Positions 58,644 through 64,000 of a DNA stretch of 64,000 bases are shown here, in pieces. The notes under the pieces were generated by a model that saw only the letters and a program-made list of their open reading frames with translations, searched no databases and had not been told where the DNA came from. This stretch comes from Candidatus Rokuibacteriota bacterium (GTDB lineage Bacteria > Methylomirabilota > Methylomirabilia > Rokubacteriales > CSP1-6). The stretch's first letter is position 1, and each line of letters begins with the position of its first letter. Location of the stretch: positions 1-64,000 of the forward strand of contig JACPCX010000185.1 of the NCBI GenBank assembly GCA_016184305.1. The letters run 5' to 3'. The translations under genes and the position numbers were made by a program.

Positions 58644-59989
58644 GCCTCCAGACTCGGACCTCGGATCCCACCTGGGCCGACGTCAACCGCGACGTCATCC
58701 GCACCGTCGGCATGCCCGGCAACACGTACTTCGCCTGGATGTGCCTGGTGGGGCTCACGCTGGCGGCGGGCTTCGCCGCGTGGACGTGGCAGATCTACGT
58801 GGGCATGGGCGCCGCCGGCAAGCGGTCCCCCCAGATGTGGGCCATGTACATCACCACCTTTGTGTTCTGGATCGGTATCGGGCACGCCGGCACGCTGATC
58901 TCGGCCGTCCTGTACCTCTTTCGCGCGAAGTGGCGGACCTCGATCTACCGCGCCGCGGAGGCCATGACGATCTTCGCCGTCATGACCGCGGGCCTCTTCC
59001 CGCTCATCCACGCCGGGCGCATGTGGTTCGCCTACTGGCTGATGCCCTACCCGAACCAGCGCTACCTCTGGCCCAACTTCAAGTCGCCGCTGGTCTGGGA
59101 CGTCTTCGCGATCTCGACTTACCTGACCATCAGCCTGGTGTTCTTCATCATCGGGCTCGTGCCCGACCTCGCCGCCCTGCGCGACAGCGCCACGGGGGTC
59201 AAGAAGCGGATCTATGCGGTGCTCTCCCTCGGCTGGGAGGGATCGGACTCCCAGTGGCGGCACTACCGCCGCGCCTACGGCCTCTTCGCCGCCCTGGCGA
59301 CGCCGCTGGTGCTGTCGGTGCACAGCGTGGTGTCCTTCGACTTCGCCATGGCGCTGGTGCCGGGCTGGCACTCGACGCTCTTCGCCCCCTTCTTCGTGGA
59401 CGGGGCCATCTTCTCCGGCTTCGCCATGGTGCTGATCCTGATCCTGCCCATGCGCTACGTCTTCGACTGGTACACCTACATCACGGACAAGCACCTGGAC
59501 GCCATGGCCAAGCTCATCCTGGTCACGAGCCTCGTGCTGACGTACTTCTACGCCTGCGAGGTCTTCACCGCCTGGTACAGCGGCGACCACTTCGAGCGGG
59601 CCTCGGTGTTCGCCAAGGCCACCAAGCAGTACGCCTGGGCCTACTGGCTCATGTACTTCTGCAACAGCGTGGTCCCCCTGATCTTCTTCTGGAAGAAGGC
59701 GCGCACCCACGTGGGCATCCTCTATGTGGCGTCCATCTTCGTGCTGATCGGGATGTGGTTCGAGCGCTTCAACATCATCGTTCCGGGGCTGGCCCACGAC
59801 TTCTACCCGTACACGTGGGGCACCTACGTGCCGACCGTGACCGACTCGGCGATCATCGTGGGCTCCTTCGCCTGGTTCTTCCTCCTCTTCCTCGGGTTCA
59901 TCCGGGTCATGCCGTCGCTCTCCATCGTGGAGGTGAAGGAGGTGCTCCCGCATCCCCTGAAGCACGGCGCCCACGGGGGAGGGGACTAG
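58640..59989 (+). CDS. actC: Alternative complex III subunit C (NrfD family)
   Basis: FVFWIGIGHAGTLISA, NFKSPLVWD, SVHSVVSFDFA. Confidence 0.93.
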   Translation: MSLQTRTSDPTWADVNRDVIRTVGMPGNTYFAWMCLVGLTLAAGFAAWTWQIYVGMGAAGKRSPQMWAMYITTFVFWIGIGHAGTLISAVLYLFRAKWRTSIYRAAEAMTIFAVMTAGLFPLIHAGRMWFAYWLMPYPNQRYLWPNFKSPLVWDVFAISTYLTISLVFFIIGLVPDLAALRDSATGVKKRIYAVLSLGWEGSDSQWRHYRRAYGLFAALATPLVLSVHSVVSFDFAMALVPGWHSTLFAPFFVDGAIFSGFAMVLILILPMRYVFDWYTYITDKHLDAMAKLILVTSLVLTYFYACEVFTAWYSGDHFERASVFAKATKQYAWAYWLMYFCNSVVPLIFFWKKARTHVGILYVASIFVLIGMWFERFNIIVPGLAHDFYPYTWGTYVPTVTDSAIIVGSFAWFFLLFLGFIRVMPSLSIVEVKEVLPHPLKHGAHGGGD

Positions 59990-59990
59990 G

Positions 59991-60503
59991 ATGGCGGCGG
60001 CGAGCGCGAACGTGCTGGGCGTCTTCGCCCACGTGGACACCACGCTGCACGCCATCCGCGCGCTGCGGCAGCAGGGCTTCTCGGAGCTGACCGTCTACAC
60101 GCCGGTGCCGGTGGAGGAGATCGAGGAGGAGGTGGAGCAGGGCCGGCCCTTGAGCCGGGTGCGTCTGTTCACCCTGATCGGCGGGCTCACGGGCACCGTC
60201 ACGGGCTTCTTCCTCACCATCTGGTCGTCGCTCAAGTGGGACCTCGTGACCGGCGGCAAGCACCCGGTCTCGATCCCGCCCTTCGTCATCATCGGTTTCG
60301 AACTGACGATCCTGTTCGGGGGGCTGTCGACCCTGCTGGCCCTGCTGATCCTGGGCCGCCTGCCGAGGCTCCGGCCGTCGCCGACCTACGACCCGCGCTT
60401 CACGCTGGACCGCTTCGGTGTCGCGGTGGCGTGCCCGCCCGACAGGGCCGCGGCGGTCGGGTCGCTGCTGACGGCATCCGGGGCGGAGGAGGTCCGGCGA
60501 TGA
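59991..60503 (+). CDS. actD: Alternative complex III subunit D (DUF3341)
   Basis: YTPVP, GGK..FELTILF, YDPRFT. Confidence 0.9.
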   Translation: MAAASANVLGVFAHVDTTLHAIRALRQQGFSELTVYTPVPVEEIEEEVEQGRPLSRVRLFTLIGGLTGTVTGFFLTIWSSLKWDLVTGGKHPVSIPPFVIIGFELTILFGGLSTLLALLILGRLPRLRPSPTYDPRFTLDRFGVAVACPPDRAAAVGSLLTASGAEEVRR

Positions 60504-61006
60504 TGAAGTACGTGTTCGGCCTGGTGTTGCTGGTGGTGGGCGGCGTCGTGGCCGTGCAGGGCGGGGTCCTCGTGATGCGCTGGAACGACAACATGACGCA
60601 GACGGCGCGGGTCATGCCGGGCGAGCGGGCCTTCGCGATGCCCGCGAGCAGCGTGCCGCGCTCAGGCGGCGAGCTGTACTACCCCAAGGAAGAGCGGGAG
60701 GCGGCCGCTGCGCGGAAGAACCCGGTCCCGGCCACCCTCGAGTCGGTGAACAAGGGGGGCGCGCTCTACGTCGTCTACTGCACCCCGTGCCACGGCGCCG
60801 CGGGCAAGGGCGACGGGCTGGTGACGCCCAGGTTCGTGCCGCCGCCAGATCTCACCAACGCGGACCTTCAGAAGGGCCGCACCGACGGCTACTGGCAGAG
60901 CTATCTCGGCGTGGGCGGCGCGATCATGCCCTCCTACGGCGAGGCGCTCTCGCCCGAGGAGCGCTGGCACGTGGTGAACTACGTGAGGAGCCTGGCGCAG
61001 AAATGA
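60500..61006 (+). CDS. actE: Alternative complex III monoheme cytochrome subunit E
   Basis: CTPCH, MPSY, ERWHVVNYVR. Confidence 0.88.
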   Translation: MMKYVFGLVLLVVGGVVAVQGGVLVMRWNDNMTQTARVMPGERAFAMPASSVPRSGGELYYPKEEREAAAARKNPVPATLESVNKGGALYVVYCTPCHGAAGKGDGLVTPRFVPPPDLTNADLQKGRTDGYWQSYLGVGGAIMPSYGEALSPEERWHVVNYVRSLAQK

Positions 61007-62133
61007 CCCCGACAGCCTCGACCGCACAACCGCCGCAGGGGTCGCAGGCGGTCCTCGTCGCGCTCGCCGTGGCGGGCGCCGCCGCCTTCGTCTACGGCAT
61101 CATGCAGCCTCAGCCGACCCGCGCCTGGGGGATGTACCTGGTCAACCTCCTCTTCTGGTCGAGCCTGGCCATCACGGGACCGGCGCTGGCCGGGATGATG
61201 CAGCTCACCGAGGCGCGCTGGTCCCCGAGCGTGAAGCGGATCGCGCTGACCACGGCCGGCTTCCTGCCGATCTCGTTCGTCCTCTTCCTGATCCTCTTCG
61301 CCGGTCGGTCGGTGCTCTACCCGTGGGTGACGACGCCTGTGCCGGTGAAGGCGGCGTGGCTCAACGTGCCCTTCATGTCGCTCCGCATCGGTCTCGGCGT
61401 GGCGCTGCTCTACTGGGTGGCGCTTCGCTTCTCCCGGGCGGTGTTCGACGAGCAGACGGGCGCCGCCGACAGCGCCGAGGCCCGCAACCGCCGCAACCGG
61501 CTGGCCACCGCGCTCCTGGTCCTCTTCGTGGTGGTGCTGTCGCTCTGGGGCTTCGACCTGGTGATGTCCCTGGATCCCAGGTGGTTCAGCGGCCTCCTGG
61601 GCGGCTACTACGTGGTCAGCACGCTCTACACGGGCTTCGGCCTCGTGACGTTCCTCACCATCCGCGCCAACGCCCGCGGGCTCACCAGCGTCTCGCCGTC
61701 CGCCATCCAGGATGTGGCGAAGCTCACCTTCGCCATGTGCGTCATGTGGATGTACTTCTTCTTCTCGCAGTACCTCGTGATCTGGTACGGCAACGTGCCC
61801 GTGGAGACCAAGTTCTTCCTGCGGCGCTTCTTCAATGACCCGTGGCGGACGATGGCCTTTGTCATCTTCATCGTGGGCTGGCTCGTCCCCTTCGGCTACC
61901 TGCTCAAGCGGCTCACGGGACGGCCGCCCACGGCCCACAAGCCGCTGGTCGTGATCCTCTTCATGGGATGGGCGGCCATCTTCCTCGAGCGGATCCTGCT
62001 GGTCTTCCCGGCGCTCGCGCCGGACGACGTCTTCCCGTTCGGCCTGATGGAGATCCTCATCACGGCGGGGTTCTTCGCGCTCTTCGCGCTCGGCCGCAAC
62101 CGCTTCCTGTCCCGCTACGGGCCCCTCCTGTAG
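61003..62133 (+). CDS. actF: Alternative complex III subunit F
   Basis: FDLVMSLDPRWFS, FSQYLVIWYGNVP. Confidence 0.9.
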   Translation: MTPTASTAQPPQGSQAVLVALAVAGAAAFVYGIMQPQPTRAWGMYLVNLLFWSSLAITGPALAGMMQLTEARWSPSVKRIALTTAGFLPISFVLFLILFAGRSVLYPWVTTPVPVKAAWLNVPFMSLRIGLGVALLYWVALRFSRAVFDEQTGAADSAEARNRRNRLATALLVLFVVVLSLWGFDLVMSLDPRWFSGLLGGYYVVSTLYTGFGLVTFLTIRANARGLTSVSPSAIQDVAKLTFAMCVMWMYFFFSQYLVIWYGNVPVETKFFLRRFFNDPWRTMAFVIFIVGWLVPFGYLLKRLTGRPPTAHKPLVVILFMGWAAIFLERILLVFPALAPDDVFPFGLMEILITAGFFALFALGRNRFLSRYGPLL

Positions 62134-62272
62134 GGGTCAGGTCTTGCATTCCGACATCGGCAGGCGTACGGCCTTGCCTTGGGATGTGGGCGGGGCACTG
62201 GTCATCCTGTACCGCTGCGAGCGCAACAGCGATGGAGCCGGGGCTAGGTGTCGGAATGCAAGACCTGACCCC
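62133..62272. repeat. 24-bp perfect inverted repeat pair (REP/MITE-like)
   Basis: GGGGTCAGGTCTTGCATTCCGACA ... TGTCGGAATGCAAGACCTGACCCC. Confidence 0.85.
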
Positions 62273-62298
62273 CTCGCGCCCGGTGCTACACTGGGCGC

Positions 62299-63522
62299 GT
62301 GATCTCCGTCGAAGAGGCCCTCGATCGCATCCTCTCGCGCGTCTCCGTCCTCGGAGACGAGCGCGTGCCGCTGCTCGCAGCCCTCCACAGGGTCCTCGGC
62401 GAGCCGGTGACGGCGGGCCTCGACATCCCGCCCTGGCCCAACTCGTCCATGGACGGCTACGCCGTGCGCAGCGCCGACACGGTGGGGGCGACCTCCGAGC
62501 GTCCCGCGCGGCTCACGCTCGGGGGGCGCGTGCCGGCGGGAGGCGTGGCCGAGCGGGCGCTCCGGGCCGGCGAGGCCTTCCGCATCTTCACCGGCGCGCC
62601 GCTTCCCGAGGGCGCCGACAGCATCATCCCGCAGGAGGACGTGACGGCGGATGGCGGCACGGTCGGGATCGGCCGTCTCGTGCCGCCCGGGGAGTGCGTG
62701 AGGCCCCGGGGCGAGGACATGCGAGCCGGTGACATCGTGCTCGAGCGCGGGCGCGTGCTGGGGCCGGCCGAGATCGGCCTGCTCGCCACGCTCGGGCATC
62801 AGCCGGTGCGGGTGGTGCGGCGGCCCGTCGTGGGCATCCTCTCCACGGGCGACGAGCTCGTGGATCTGCCGGGCGCACTCGGCCCGGGCCAGATTCCGAA
62901 CTCGAACACCTACGCGCTGATGGCGCAGGTGCTCGAGGCCGGCGGCGAGCCCGTGAGCCTGGGAATTGCGCGCGATCGGCTGGACGACATCGTCGAGCGG
63001 CTCTCCTGGGGGCTCGGCTGCGATCTCCTCATCTCGTCCGCGGGCGTGTCCGTGGGCGAGCACGATCTCGTCAAGGCGGCGCTCGGGCGGCTCGGGGCCG
63101 AGCAGCACCTGTGGCTGGTCAACATGAGGCCGGGGAAGCCCGTGACGTTCGGGACCATCCCCGCGGGAGCCAAGGGCGCCTTGCCGGTGTTCGGCCTGCC
63201 GGGCAACCCGGTGTCCGCCATGGTCACCTTCGAGCTCTTCGTCCGTCCGGCCATCCTGCGGGTGGGTGGTCACGCGCGTCTGTCGCGTCCCGTGATCTCC
63301 TCGCGCGCGCTCCTGCCGATCCCCAATCCGGGGCGCCGCCGCGGCTATCTGCGGGTGACGGTGACGCGAGGGGACGGCGGATACGGCGCGCGGCTCACGG
63401 GCGACCAGGGCTCGGGGATCCTGCGCTCCATGGTCGCCGCCGACGGTCTGGCCATCGTCCCCGGGGATACGACGGTGGGGCGGGGCGAGGACGTCCAGGT
63501 CATGCTGCTCAGGGAGCTCTGA
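62299..63522 (+). CDS. moeA: Molybdopterin molybdenumtransferase
   Basis: SMDGYAV, STGDEL, MRPGKP, GLPGNPVS. Confidence 0.95.
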   Translation: MISVEEALDRILSRVSVLGDERVPLLAALHRVLGEPVTAGLDIPPWPNSSMDGYAVRSADTVGATSERPARLTLGGRVPAGGVAERALRAGEAFRIFTGAPLPEGADSIIPQEDVTADGGTVGIGRLVPPGECVRPRGEDMRAGDIVLERGRVLGPAEIGLLATLGHQPVRVVRRPVVGILSTGDELVDLPGALGPGQIPNSNTYALMAQVLEAGGEPVSLGIARDRLDDIVERLSWGLGCDLLISSAGVSVGEHDLVKAALGRLGAEQHLWLVNMRPGKPVTFGTIPAGAKGALPVFGLPGNPVSAMVTFELFVRPAILRVGGHARLSRPVISSRALLPIPNPGRRRGYLRVTVTRGDGGYGARLTGDQGSGILRSMVAADGLAIVPGDTTVGRGEDVQVMLLREL

Positions 63523-64000
63523 GGAAGAGCGCCCAGAGGGCCAGCCAGGCGCCGAGCGCCATCGAGGCGAAGGTGACGAGGCTGCCGACGCTGAGCGTGG
63601 CGGAGTTGGTCAGTCCCTGATTGATATTGCACCCCTCGGCGAGAAGGGCCGCGCCGCCCATCAAGAGCCCTCCCCCGAAGATCTTCAGGAGGCTCCACCC
63701 CGGAGGCAGCTTCAAGCGGAAGTCGCCCGCCCGCCAGGCTCCCGCGAAGGCGCCCACAGGCACGCCGAGCAGCATCACCATGCTCCAGGTGACCTGGGTC
63801 GGGTATCCGACGAGCGGGTAGGTGAGCAGGTAACCCGTGTTGGACGCGAACGTGATGCCGGCGGGACGGCTCCCGAAGCCGGACGCCCACCAGCCCGCTG
63901 CGATCATCACCCCGACCGCGATCCCCGTCATCGGCCACGACCACTTGCCGTGCTCGGGTTGGGCTCGCTCACGCTCGCCCGGATTCCCATATCCGCCCGC
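63509..64000 (-). CDS. YeeE/YedE sulfur-transporter family protein, C-terminal part (runs off the right edge)
   Basis: GGLLMGGAALLAEGCNINQG. The frame is open to base 64000. Confidence 0.8.
   Translation of the reverse strand, partial: AGGYGNPGERERAQPEHGKWSWPMTGIAVGVMIAAGWWASGFGSRPAGITFASNTGYLLTYPLVGYPTQVTWSMVMLLGVPVGAFAGAWRAGDFRLKLPPGWSLLKIFGGGLLMGGAALLAEGCNINQGLTNSATLSVGSLVTFASMALGAWLALWALFLRAP

Overview
Very GC-rich bacterial chromosomal window. Gene style and repeats suggest Ca. Rokubacteria/Methylomirabilota, but this is an inference. Mostly housekeeping and metabolic genes: queF, ychF, a peptide-type ABC transporter, an amidase, MocR-pdxST, an oxalate-oxidoreductase-like 2-oxoacid:ferredoxin oxidoreductase with a tripartite tricarboxylate transporter and FadR regulator, ppdK, ilv/leu/asd, truA, heme biosynthesis, cysK, alternative complex III (act) and moeA. 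Features the ORF track misses: (1) a likely AhpD/CMD-like selenoprotein (CxxU, in-frame TGA followed by a SECIS-like hairpin); (2) short modular GNA-loop hairpin repeats at gene junctions, mostly sense-oriented, several read in frame into proteins; (3) MITE-like elements; (4) many clean deletion scars (DUF1800/DUF1501, a caspase-family gene, tag, the oxidoreductase alpha subunit, leuC-leuD, cysO, actA and the actB leader). No rRNA, tRNA or CRISPR array was seen.
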